Assembly: GCA_020051175.1 (NCBI GenBank)
Contig: JAGVJJ010000042.1
Span: 26,720 to 90,719, forward strand
Direction of reading: 5' to 3'
DNA: 64,000 nt
Source: Bacteroidia bacterium
GTDB taxonomy: Bacteria; Bacteroidota; Bacteroidia; 2-12-FULL-35-15
Below, in pieces: positions 26,101-34,727 of the stretch. Under the pieces are notes generated by a model. That model had not been told where the DNA came from. It saw only the letters and a program-made list of their open reading frames with translations, and ran no database searches. How positions within the stretch are numbered: the first letter of the stretch is position 1; the number at the start of each line of letters is the position of its first letter. The translations under genes and the position numbers were made by a program.

Positions 26101-26913
26101 ATGGCCTATAACTTATTAAAAGGAAAACGTGGAATAATTACCGGTGCTCTGGATGCAAATTCAATTGCCTGGAAAGTAGCAGAAAAGGCGCATGAAGAAG
26201 GCGCAACGTTTGTGCTTACAAACGCTCCAATCGCAATGCGCATGGGAGAAATAAAAGTGCTTGCCGAAAAAACAAAATCAGAGATTGTACCAGCTGATGC
26301 AACCAATATTGAAGAGCTTACTACTCTTTTTACAAAATCACAGGAAATTTTGGGAGGTAAGATAGATTTTGTACTGCACTCCATTGGTATGAGTGTGAAT
26401 ATACGCAAGAACATTCCTTATGTAGAATCCAACTACGATTATTTTATGAAAGGGATTGATGTATCGGCTATGTCACTGCATAAAATGCTCAGTGTTGCAA
26501 AAAAACTTGATGCAATTAACGATTATGGAAGTGTGGTGGCACTGACTTATATGGCAGCTCAACGTACCTACCCGTTTTATACCGATATGGCCGATATAAA
26601 GGCAATGCTTGAATCAATTGCACGTAGTTTTGGGTACCACTATGGCAAAGAGAAAAAAGTGCGTATTAATACTGTTTCACAATCTCCGACCAAAACAACC
26701 GCAGGTACTGGTATTAAAGGGTTTGATGATTTTTACAATTTTGCTGATTCAGTTTCCCCATTGGGCAATGCAGATGCGGAATCCTGTGCAGATTATTGCA
26801 TAACATTGTTCTCAGATTTGACCAGAATGGTTACAATGCAGAACTTGTATCATGATGGAGGCTATTCATCAACAGGTGTAAGTGCTGAAGTAATGGCAAA
26901 ATTTGGAGAATAA
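26101..26913 (+). CDS. fabI: Enoyl-[acyl-carrier-protein] reductase (NADH), FabI
   Basis: LLKGKRGIITGALDANSIAW (Rossmann motif), HSIGMS, and the Y-x6-K region (YMAAQRTYPFYTDMADIKAMLE) are typical of FabI. 270 aa. Confidence 0.9.
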   Translation: MAYNLLKGKRGIITGALDANSIAWKVAEKAHEEGATFVLTNAPIAMRMGEIKVLAEKTKSEIVPADATNIEELTTLFTKSQEILGGKIDFVLHSIGMSVNIRKNIPYVESNYDYFMKGIDVSAMSLHKMLSVAKKLDAINDYGSVVALTYMAAQRTYPFYTDMADIKAMLESIARSFGYHYGKEKKVRINTVSQSPTKTTAGTGIKGFDDFYNFADSVSPLGNADAESCADYCITLFSDLTRMVTMQNLYHDGGYSSTGVSAEVMAKFGE

Positions 26914-26924
26914 GTCCTGAAGGC

Positions 26925-27293
26925 ATGAAGCAAGGGTCAATCAACAAAAATTTCATGATGGGATTGCTTATTTATATTGGAATTTTTGTTTTGGCGGCCT
27001 GTATTGCCAAATACCTTTTTAAAGTAAATGTTCTGATTTTATTGCCTTCACTTGCTTTTTTGCTGATATATATCGCCAGTGTTTCTTTAGCTGGTTTCAC
27101 AGAAGGCGGTGCTCAGGATACGCTTTTTAAAATCTGGAATATACTTATTATCCTCGCAAGCATAATCAGCATTGCAGTGTGCATGAAAGCAAAAATTCCT
27201 GTAACAGCAATCTTATGGTCCTTGTTGTTTCAGGTACCTTATTGTTTTGTTCTTTATTATTATGGAGGAATTATCTTCACACATAAGTTTTAA
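26925..27293 (+). CDS. Small membrane protein (4 TM), unknown function
   Basis: 122-aa ORF with an ATG start and four hydrophobic helices. It begins 11 nt after fabI and is followed by a strong terminator. Confidence 0.6.
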   Translation: MKQGSINKNFMMGLLIYIGIFVLAACIAKYLFKVNVLILLPSLAFLLIYIASVSLAGFTEGGAQDTLFKIWNILIILASIISIAVCMKAKIPVTAILWSLLFQVPYCFVLYYYGGIIFTHKF

Positions 27294-27311
27294 TACCGAA
27301 AACATTTCAAT

Positions 27312-27344
27312 AAAAAAGCCGTTTCGCAATGAAACGGCTTTTTT
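27312..27344. terminator. Bidirectional rho-independent terminator
   Basis: AAAAAA-gccgtttc-gcaat-gaaacggc-TTTTTT: a perfect 8-bp stem (27318-27325 / 27331-27338) flanked by an A-run and a T-run, lying between convergent genes. Confidence 0.85.
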
Positions 27345-27762
27345 ATTTACCGGAAGGTTCTTTTTCAAAAAAATGTTCAATATCCTCCTTGAAATTTTTC
27401 CAGTCTTTAGATACGTTTCCTTTTATCATTTCCAACCGTTCCTGAAGATATTTCCTGCTCTTCTCACGGTCCTGAATTGATATTGAATAAGAATCTTTTT
27501 TTGCTTTATCCTTTTCCTTTTCCCGTTCAACATTCAATCTGCCTATTTCTTCATCGTACTCGGTTATCCTTTCTGAGATCCGGCTTCTATAATTTTCCAT
27601 TTCAGCAGCAATAAGCGCAGTATCAACACTTACAGAAACAACAGTTTTGTCCTGTGCCAAACTAACACTGTCAACAGGGCTGTTTTCAGGATTGTTGTTC
27701 TTGCTGCCACAGGCAGCAAGAACAAACATTAAACATAAAAGATGAATGTAAATACGTATCAT
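27343..27762 (-). CDS. Lipoprotein with coiled-coil region, unknown function
   Basis: MIRIYIHLLCLMFVLAACGSKNN (lipobox), then a charged helical sequence. The gene starts 10 nt after the LytTR regulator stop, so it is probably in the same operon. Confidence 0.7.
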   Translation of the reverse strand: MIRIYIHLLCLMFVLAACGSKNNNPENSPVDSVSLAQDKTVVSVSVDTALIAAEMENYRSRISERITEYDEEIGRLNVEREKEKDKAKKDSYSISIQDREKSRKYLQERLEMIKGNVSKDWKNFKEDIEHFFEKEPSGK

Positions 27763-27772
27763 TAACCAGGAA

Positions 27773-28474
27773 TTAAATCATATTTAATCTGCGCAACAAA
27801 TCTTTTTTAAATTGTCCGGCAATAGGCAAAGGGTGTTTTCCGGTATATGCAGAATTTTCCTCAATATTATCGATGTGGTTTAAAGCTACCAGGTAAGAGC
27901 GGTGCAAACGGAAAAATTTATCAGCGGGCAGCTTTTCTTCAATATTTTTCAATGTAATATGAACAGTATAGCGTTTTTCAGTAGTATAAATGTTAACGTA
28001 ATCGCCAATTGCCTGTACATACTGGATACTGTCGATCTTTATTTTAATAAGGATACCGCCTGAGCGAACAAAAATGTAATCCTTACTGCGCGCATCGTTT
28101 ACAACCTGTCTTGGTTCTTTTTTCTCAAACAGATCCTTTGCTTTGTTAACGGCAACCATGAATCTGGGCAGAGATAATGGTTTGATAAGATAGTCCACAA
28201 CATTCAGGTCAAAAGCTTCTGCGGCATATTCCTTCTTTGAAGTAATCAAGATAATAATTGGAGGCTTCTCCAGATTTTTTATCAACTCCAGGCCAGTCAT
28301 TCCAGGCATTTCAACATCCAGAAAAATGAGATCCACCGGCTCTTTTTTCAGATAATTAAATGCTTCCACAGGTGTTTCACACTCCTGTACAAGATTTAAA
28401 AATTCAAACTGTGCAATCAGGGGCTTGATGGCCGCACGGGCAATTTTGCTGTCGTCAACTACTATACAATTCAT
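27773..28474 (-). CDS. LytTR-family response regulator (REC + LytTR DNA-binding domain)
   Basis: ATG 28474 gives MNCIVVDDSKIARAA.. The REC domain has DLIFLDVEMPGMTGLE and ILITSKKEYA. The C-terminal LytTR domain has IFVRSGG..IKIKIDSIQYVQAIGDYVNIYT...FFRLHRSYLVALNHI. Confidence 0.9.
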   Translation of the reverse strand: MNCIVVDDSKIARAAIKPLIAQFEFLNLVQECETPVEAFNYLKKEPVDLIFLDVEMPGMTGLELIKNLEKPPIIILITSKKEYAAEAFDLNVVDYLIKPLSLPRFMVAVNKAKDLFEKKEPRQVVNDARSKDYIFVRSGGILIKIKIDSIQYVQAIGDYVNIYTTEKRYTVHITLKNIEEKLPADKFFRLHRSYLVALNHIDNIEENSAYTGKHPLPIAGQFKKDLLRRLNMI

Positions 28475-28609
28475 GGTTTTTATATTATTTATTAATATTG
28501 AACTTGATTTAGTACGATTAAAAATGTATGATAAAAAAAGATGCCAGAAGAAACAATTCAAGCCTTGTGATAAAAAAAAGTATCGCTAAAAGAAATCTAA
28601 TTTTTTTGT

Positions 28610-30691
28610 TTATTTGATAAACTCCCTTTTTATCTCATCACATCTTCTTTTACAGGCCTCATCAATTATATAAAATAACTCTCTTAATTTTTCAGGATGC
28701 TGTTGTTCAGCCGCATATTCTTCAATAGTCCTTGCAATAAATTCATATTCTTTTTCAATTCCCATTAATGCAAAGCACGGAACAATGGAATGAGCTGCTC
28801 TTTGAATCATCTTCCAGTCCCAGATTTCAATCCCGGTTCTTATAGCGCTAGTCAATTGTGGAATTTCTTCCAGGTATGCAGATACGATTTCGGTAATGGC
28901 TCTCGGATCCCCATTTGTTATTTCAACCAGATACTCGGAATAATAAGCTTGATTTATTGCCTGCGAAGACTGTTCCAAGCCTTTAACAATTCCAGCTTCA
29001 TTGGATTTCCGGTTTATGAATTTTAAAATTTTAGAATACAGGATCTTTTCGTCAACCGGCTTTGAAATATAATCGTTCATTCCAAGTGTTTTGCACTTTT
29101 TTGCATTCATTGTTGTAACATCTGCAGTAAGCGCGATTACCGGAATATCCAACTGCATTATTTTTCGAATATATTCAGTTGCTTCAATACCATTCATTTC
29201 AGGCATTTGCAAATCCATCAATACTACATCATAAGAGTTATCATACAGTTTTTCGATTGCAATCCTGCCGTTATCAGCAATGTCTATAACACATTTGTAC
29301 TTTTCAAGTAGGGTTTTAATCAGCAGCTGGTTTGGACGAATATCCTCTACAAGGAGTATTCGTGAGCCGGTAATAGCACCTTCCGCCAAAACAGGGCCTT
29401 CAACAGCTTCAGGTTTATGCTCGATTTTCTCCTGTGTTTTTTTGAAGCCAAGAAGAAAACTAAATGTAGAACCTTTGTTTATTTCACTGCTCACTGAAAT
29501 CCTTCCACCTTGCAGCTCAACCAATTGCTTCACAATAGCCAATCCTAAGCCTGTTCCACCCGAAACATTTTTTCCGGTATTTCCTGCCTGCTGAAATTTC
29601 TCAAAAATATTTTTCTGGTCGCTTTCTGGAATTCCAACACCAGTATCGCTGATATCAAAGCGGATAGTCACCTGTTCAGCGTCATCTTTAATCTTACTAA
29701 TACTTACTTTAATGTGTCCTTTGGATGTAAATTTTACAGCATTTCCAACAAGGTTCAGCATAATCTGGTTCAAACGTACAGGATCACCTACCAACACATC
29801 CGGTATTGAATGATCGTATTCCGTGATCAGCTCTAAATTTTGTTCGGAAATTTTTGTTTCAAAAAGCTGAAGCACCTCAGAAATGGATGAATACAAATAG
29901 AAAGGTGACGATTCAAATGTCATTTTTCCTGATTCAACCTTAGCTAGGTCAAGGATATCATTAATAAGTACAATCAAGATATCACCTGATACTTTTATGG
30001 TGGTCAGGTATTCCTTTTGTTTTTCTGTTAAAGGAGTTTCAAGCAATACTTTCGTAAAACCAATAATGGCGTTCATTGGTGTACGGATTTCATGGCTCAT
30101 ATTCGATAAAAAATGTGATTTTGCTTTCGCAGCCTCTTCAGCAATTTTCGCAGCATGTTCCGCATTGTTTTTAGCCTTAATCAACTCATTTTGAGATCGT
30201 TCCAGCTTTTCAAGTGTTTCTTCCAATATTATAGTACGGCTTCTTACCCTCTTTTCCAAAGCAGCGTTCAGCTCATTCATTTCATTCCTGTGCTTTGCAT
30301 TTGCAATTGCATAGCGGATAGAACGTTCCATAACCTGGCTTGAGATTGTTCCCTTTACAAGATAATCTGCTGCACCGGCACTCATTGCCTGCTTATCTAT
30401 TTCAAAGTTGTTTTCTCCGGTAAGAATAATCAGTGGAGCTTCACATCCTAAGTCCAGAGCTTTTTTGATAAGCTCAAGGCCCGTTCTTCCCCCCAATTTA
30501 TAATCAACAAGGTAAACATCGTGTGCTTTTTCGGAAATAGCTTTCAGGCCGGAATCAAATGATGGCCTCCAGTCTATTGTATATTTGTGGTGTACAACAC
30601 CTCTTAAGATAATGTCCCTAACAATTAAGAAATCCTCCTCATCGTCATCAATCATCAGAATCTTAATTTCATTTTGTATCATGTCCTCCAT
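28610..30691 (-). CDS. Hybrid sensor histidine kinase / response regulator (REC-coiled coil-HisKA-HATPase-REC-Hpt), cytoplasmic
   Basis: N-terminal REC (ILMIDDDEEDF, DVYLVDYKLGGRTGLE); H-box FLSNMSHEIRTPMNAIIGF; N/G boxes NLVGNAVKFT, DTGVGIP, GGTGLGLAI; second REC (DVVLMDLQMPEMNG); C-terminal Hpt-like AAHSIVPCFALMG. No TM segment. Confidence 0.9.
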   Translation of the reverse strand: MEDMIQNEIKILMIDDDEEDFLIVRDIILRGVVHHKYTIDWRPSFDSGLKAISEKAHDVYLVDYKLGGRTGLELIKKALDLGCEAPLIILTGENNFEIDKQAMSAGAADYLVKGTISSQVMERSIRYAIANAKHRNEMNELNAALEKRVRSRTIILEETLEKLERSQNELIKAKNNAEHAAKIAEEAAKAKSHFLSNMSHEIRTPMNAIIGFTKVLLETPLTEKQKEYLTTIKVSGDILIVLINDILDLAKVESGKMTFESSPFYLYSSISEVLQLFETKISEQNLELITEYDHSIPDVLVGDPVRLNQIMLNLVGNAVKFTSKGHIKVSISKIKDDAEQVTIRFDISDTGVGIPESDQKNIFEKFQQAGNTGKNVSGGTGLGLAIVKQLVELQGGRISVSSEINKGSTFSFLLGFKKTQEKIEHKPEAVEGPVLAEGAITGSRILLVEDIRPNQLLIKTLLEKYKCVIDIADNGRIAIEKLYDNSYDVVLMDLQMPEMNGIEATEYIRKIMQLDIPVIALTADVTTMNAKKCKTLGMNDYISKPVDEKILYSKILKFINRKSNEAGIVKGLEQSSQAINQAYYSEYLVEITNGDPRAITEIVSAYLEEIPQLTSAIRTGIEIWDWKMIQRAAHSIVPCFALMGIEKEYEFIARTIEEYAAEQQHPEKLRELFYIIDEACKRRCDEIKREFIK

Positions 30692-30819
30692 ATTATTCCA
30701 ATTTTATAGTGGTATAAATACTTATTATTGCCCGGTTTACTTAATAATTGCAAAGGTGAACAACAACAGCAAAACAATTGTTACATTCTTACAGGATAAT
30801 GTTATATTATCTGCATAAT

Positions 30820-32478
30820 TTATTTTAAAAGGGCTTCTATGAAGCCGGTGCCCGATTTGAAATATTCATTATTCAGAATGAATTTTATATATGCATCCCT
30901 TGATTCTACTGAGGAATTTATCCTGAAAGACTCTTTTTCATTGAACCAGGATATTAATTTAACGTTTGACATATCGGTTTGAAGTGCAATACTCATTTGC
31001 TCTATCCATTCTGCTTTACTTTGTGAGCCAGCTGGTTCTTTTTTCTGGCGCTCCCGGGATGCGACTTCACATACCAATAAAGGCTTATGTGGCAGCTTCT
31101 CCGTAAGTATAAAATAATTTTCAATTCCTTCTTTCCTGAATGAGCGCCAAACGGGCATTTCCTGGCCAGCCCCATTGTAAATGTCCAACCCCACAAAATC
31201 TACATATTCATCACCCGGGTATGCGTCCATAATAAAATTCCAGGACTCCTGTGGGAACGATATAGAATTAGGACACCATATATATTTTACATTGTTCACC
31301 TGCTGTTCGGTAAAAATAGTATGGATATGACGGAACGCTTTTGCGAGCAGCTCAGGGTCATTATTGTTTTTTGAAATGCACCAGGGATACCAGTCACCAT
31401 TAAATTCGTGGAGGAGCCTGAGCAGCACCAGGCCATTTACTTTTTTTATTTCATGTGCCCATTGTTTAAAAAATGAATCAAAATGTCCTTCAACAATACT
31501 GTACAAATTAGGCTGTTTCACTCTTGGCCTTACGTTTACAAAATAGTCTTCCAGTGTAATCATAGGCAAATAGCCCCTTTTAATGATTTTATTAATCCCG
31601 GACGGCTCCGGAAAATTATTGAGAGAAGTGGAACCGTCTACCGCCAGAGGAAGAAAAAAATGCACAACGGCAAGCCTTTTATCAGATTTGTTCTTAAAAC
31701 TTTTTTCAAAACTGTTGGCAATATCAATAAAATCTGCGGTTACCCCCTCCTTGGACCAGATACCCAAACTACAATGTGCATTTACAGAAAAATCCGGTAA
31801 ACCTACAACAGGATTACCTGTTGGCAATTTACCTTTTGAGAAACAAATAAAATCAATAAAGCAGTTTACAGGTATTTCCTCTTTATGATTTGAATTGTCC
31901 TTAAAACTAAAAATCAAACAAAGTAGTTTCCCTTGTTTATAACTTACATTAAATACACCATCACCACCAGGATTGTTATCAGTAAAAGCACTTAAAGCAA
32001 GCGATTCCAAAGTCCATGGCAAATCAGTAGTTCCTGACTTTATCAAATCAGTAAATTCCCAAACATCATCAAATTCCTTATCAAATGTACCATTGCCATT
32101 ATCGTCCTCCTGAATTTGGATTTTTACAGGAATTGTATTTACTTTTGATTGAAAGAAAAAATTCAAATAATCCGTTTGTAAAGCCAACTCTACGTATGAG
32201 CCCACAGCCTTGCCCCAACCGCCAAAAACAGCAGATGTACCTTTGTTCAATTGCAAAAATCGTTGTCCTATATAATCCGGTGAGCTATGTTGCAATACAA
32301 CAGAAGCTTTAACATTACCGTAAGCAAAAAAACCGTTGAGCCTGTTATCTGAATCAGAATAGCCTTCCGCACAGCCTTCAAAATCTTCAATCAGAAATTT
32401 TAACTGAGCAAATGATTCCTGGATAAAAAAAAAGGAAAAAAGAAATACCGAAAAAAAAACAGTTCTTTTGTACGACAT
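30820..32478 (-). CDS. Secreted GH26-like glycoside hydrolase (beta-mannanase family) with N-terminal beta-sandwich/CBM-like domain
   Basis: Signal peptide MSYKRTVFFSVFLFSFFFIQESFAQ. LLRLLHEFNGDWYPW matches the GH26 acid/base motif (HE.NG.W..W), and PLLVCEVAS is the candidate nucleophile strand. Confidence 0.7.
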   Translation of the reverse strand: MSYKRTVFFSVFLFSFFFIQESFAQLKFLIEDFEGCAEGYSDSDNRLNGFFAYGNVKASVVLQHSSPDYIGQRFLQLNKGTSAVFGGWGKAVGSYVELALQTDYLNFFFQSKVNTIPVKIQIQEDDNGNGTFDKEFDDVWEFTDLIKSGTTDLPWTLESLALSAFTDNNPGGDGVFNVSYKQGKLLCLIFSFKDNSNHKEEIPVNCFIDFICFSKGKLPTGNPVVGLPDFSVNAHCSLGIWSKEGVTADFIDIANSFEKSFKNKSDKRLAVVHFFLPLAVDGSTSLNNFPEPSGINKIIKRGYLPMITLEDYFVNVRPRVKQPNLYSIVEGHFDSFFKQWAHEIKKVNGLVLLRLLHEFNGDWYPWCISKNNNDPELLAKAFRHIHTIFTEQQVNNVKYIWCPNSISFPQESWNFIMDAYPGDEYVDFVGLDIYNGAGQEMPVWRSFRKEGIENYFILTEKLPHKPLLVCEVASRERQKKEPAGSQSKAEWIEQMSIALQTDMSNVKLISWFNEKESFRINSSVESRDAYIKFILNNEYFKSGTGFIEALLK

Positions 32479-32482
32479 TTTA

Positions 32483-33481
32483 TTACCAGGTCCAGTTTGC
32501 TAAAATTCTAAAGCTTCCGTCCAAAAAGCCGTAGTGTGGATAGCTTTTTTCATTCCATGGAAACCTGTTGATAGCCCAGTTACCATAAGTTATTGAGAAA
32601 CGGAAAGAGCGCCAGTCAAAATATCCGAAACCATAAGTGTAATCAGGATCCCATGGTTGCTTTTTCAGTTTGGCTTCAGGGTAATAATAAAAGGCCGATT
32701 CTATATAAAGTCTTTTTACAATAGTATACCTGAATCCAACACCCAGCGTGGCTTTTCCGGAAGTAAAGCCTCCATGCATCACCTCAAATTTATCCCGGTA
32801 TTTAATAGCATAGCGGGCAAAATATGTGATTTTAAAATTGGTAGTCTCGTCCAGCTTAATCTTAGAAATCCTGTCCTCCGAAAGGTTATGGTTATAAGAA
32901 ATAAAATAATAACCCTCCATAAACCTTTGTTTCATTACCTCCCAGTTATCCGAATATCGGTTATTCAAATAGTTTTCATAGCCAAAATTCAATTTATTCG
33001 GCCTCCAGTTATATCTCCCAATAGCGTATGTATAGTTAGATATCCATCTGGCCGAAGCTTTAGGATTAAAATCTATGTAAAACGTAGTATTGATACTGAA
33101 TTCTTCCAAAAACCGGATACGGGTATAAATTCCCAAAGCATTTCTTATTTCGTATTTCAAAGGGCTTCCATCTACATCATCCAGAAGCACCCTTCCTGTA
33201 TTGTATGAAAAATTGCCGCTGATTCGCTTTTTCCCTAATAAAAACTTATCCTTATGGAATACATCGCGAAAATCCTTCATATCACTGAATTTCTCAACCC
33301 GCTTGGTTCTATCATAGTATAGCCGCTTGCCCTCTTCTTCAATGATTATCTGGGCCTGCGTATTTATCTGCATACCAATAATTAGAAACAACAAAGTATA
33401 AATGGAAGAATAAGTCTTTTTATTAATCACCACCTTTAAACGATATTTATTTATAATAATTTTTAACTCTGCTATCTGCAA
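32483..33481 (-). CDS. Outer-membrane beta-barrel protein, unknown function
   Basis: Alternating aromatic/polar beta-strand pattern throughout, with a C-terminal aromatic residue (..RILANWTW). Signal-like YSSIYTLLFLIIGMQINTQAQ. No ATG upstream of the signal; candidate starts are TTG 33481 (10-nt overlap with the TPR gene) or GTG 33433. Confidence 0.65.
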   Translation of the reverse strand: MQIAELKIIINKYRLKVVINKKTYSSIYTLLFLIIGMQINTQAQIIIEEEGKRLYYDRTKRVEKFSDMKDFRDVFHKDKFLLGKKRISGNFSYNTGRVLLDDVDGSPLKYEIRNALGIYTRIRFLEEFSINTTFYIDFNPKASARWISNYTYAIGRYNWRPNKLNFGYENYLNNRYSDNWEVMKQRFMEGYYFISYNHNLSEDRISKIKLDETTNFKITYFARYAIKYRDKFEVMHGGFTSGKATLGVGFRYTIVKRLYIESAFYYYPEAKLKKQPWDPDYTYGFGYFDWRSFRFSITYGNWAINRFPWNEKSYPHYGFLDGSFRILANWTW

Positions 33482-34641
33482 TATACTATCAGACTGTTAT
33501 AAGCCAAATCACTACCCAATTTTACCGCCTGACTCAAATCCTGGCACCCCCCGGCCTTATCCCCTTTTTCATATTTTGCGAGGCCCCTTTTTGTATAGGC
33601 ACTTTCATAATCAGGCTTATATTCAATAGCTTTGGAGTAATCAGCAATCTCACCTTCAAAGTCCTCTAGTTTATTCTTAGCTAAACCCCTGTTGTAATAA
33701 GCCAGTGAATAGTCCGGACGGATTTTCAGGGCCTTGTTATAGTCCTCAATTGCGGACTTATAGTCTTTCAACTCATATTTCAGATACCCCCTGTTTACAT
33801 AAGCCGCATAATAATTACTGTCCGTTTTAATTGCTTTTGTAAAATCCTCAAATGCTCCTTTGTAGTCTTTCAGCTTACTTCTCACGTTCGCTCTTCTGGT
33901 ATAGGTTTCAGCGTCAGGGCTTATACGCAGTGCCATATCATAATCATTCAGTGAAGCACGGTATTCATCAACGGCAGAATAAATCAAAGCTCTGTTAAAA
34001 TAAAACTGGGCGTTTACCGAATCAAACTCAATTGCTTTGTTAAAGTCTTTAATCGCCTCATAATAATTACCCTGTTTTGATTTCACAATTCCCCTGCTAT
34101 TATACGCATCAGCATCTGTTGGCTTAAGATAGAGCACCCTGTTTATATCCAGCAGTTCACCGTCCAAGTCACCAATACGTCCCTTAAGTATACTTCTGTT
34201 GTAATAGGCATCTGCAAATTCGGGATTCAACTTGATCGCATAATTGAAATCGGCCATCGCATCCTTTAAATTATCCAACATTGCCTGGGTAAGCCCCTTA
34301 TTAAAATAGGCTTCGTAGGCTTCTTCCCAGGTCAATTTCAGCTTCAAGGCACTAGAGTAATCGGCCAGTGCCCCTTTATAATCCATAAGTTTATTCCTGA
34401 CATATGCCCTGCTCAGGTATGCCGAAGCCAGTTGTGGATCGTTCTCAATTGCTTTGGAAAAACATTGAACCGCTGCCCTGTAATCCTTTTCATTCATTTT
34501 TGCATTCCCGGCTTCGCAATAAACCTTTGCTGAATCATCAGGTAAGTCATTAAACTCAGCTTCAACGGCATTATTACCTGCCAGCAGGGTGAAAGAATTA
34601 ATTGTTATCATCACCGTTACTAAAAACACATTTGTTTTCAT
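33472..34641 (-). CDS. Secreted tetratricopeptide-repeat (TPR) protein
   Basis: ATG 34641 gives MKTNVFLVTVMITINSFTLLAG. About ten consecutive 34-aa TPR units follow (A.YYNRG....L.DY.GA..D..KAI...P....AY). Confidence 0.85.
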   Translation of the reverse strand: MKTNVFLVTVMITINSFTLLAGNNAVEAEFNDLPDDSAKVYCEAGNAKMNEKDYRAAVQCFSKAIENDPQLASAYLSRAYVRNKLMDYKGALADYSSALKLKLTWEEAYEAYFNKGLTQAMLDNLKDAMADFNYAIKLNPEFADAYYNRSILKGRIGDLDGELLDINRVLYLKPTDADAYNSRGIVKSKQGNYYEAIKDFNKAIEFDSVNAQFYFNRALIYSAVDEYRASLNDYDMALRISPDAETYTRRANVRSKLKDYKGAFEDFTKAIKTDSNYYAAYVNRGYLKYELKDYKSAIEDYNKALKIRPDYSLAYYNRGLAKNKLEDFEGEIADYSKAIEYKPDYESAYTKRGLAKYEKGDKAGGCQDLSQAVKLGSDLAYNSLIVYCR

Positions 34642-34727
34642 ATTTCCTCCTTCCTGGACATATTTAAATGACCAATTATTCAATTAAGCAGATGAAATAA
34701 CAACTATAAACAAAGGACTAAAAAACC

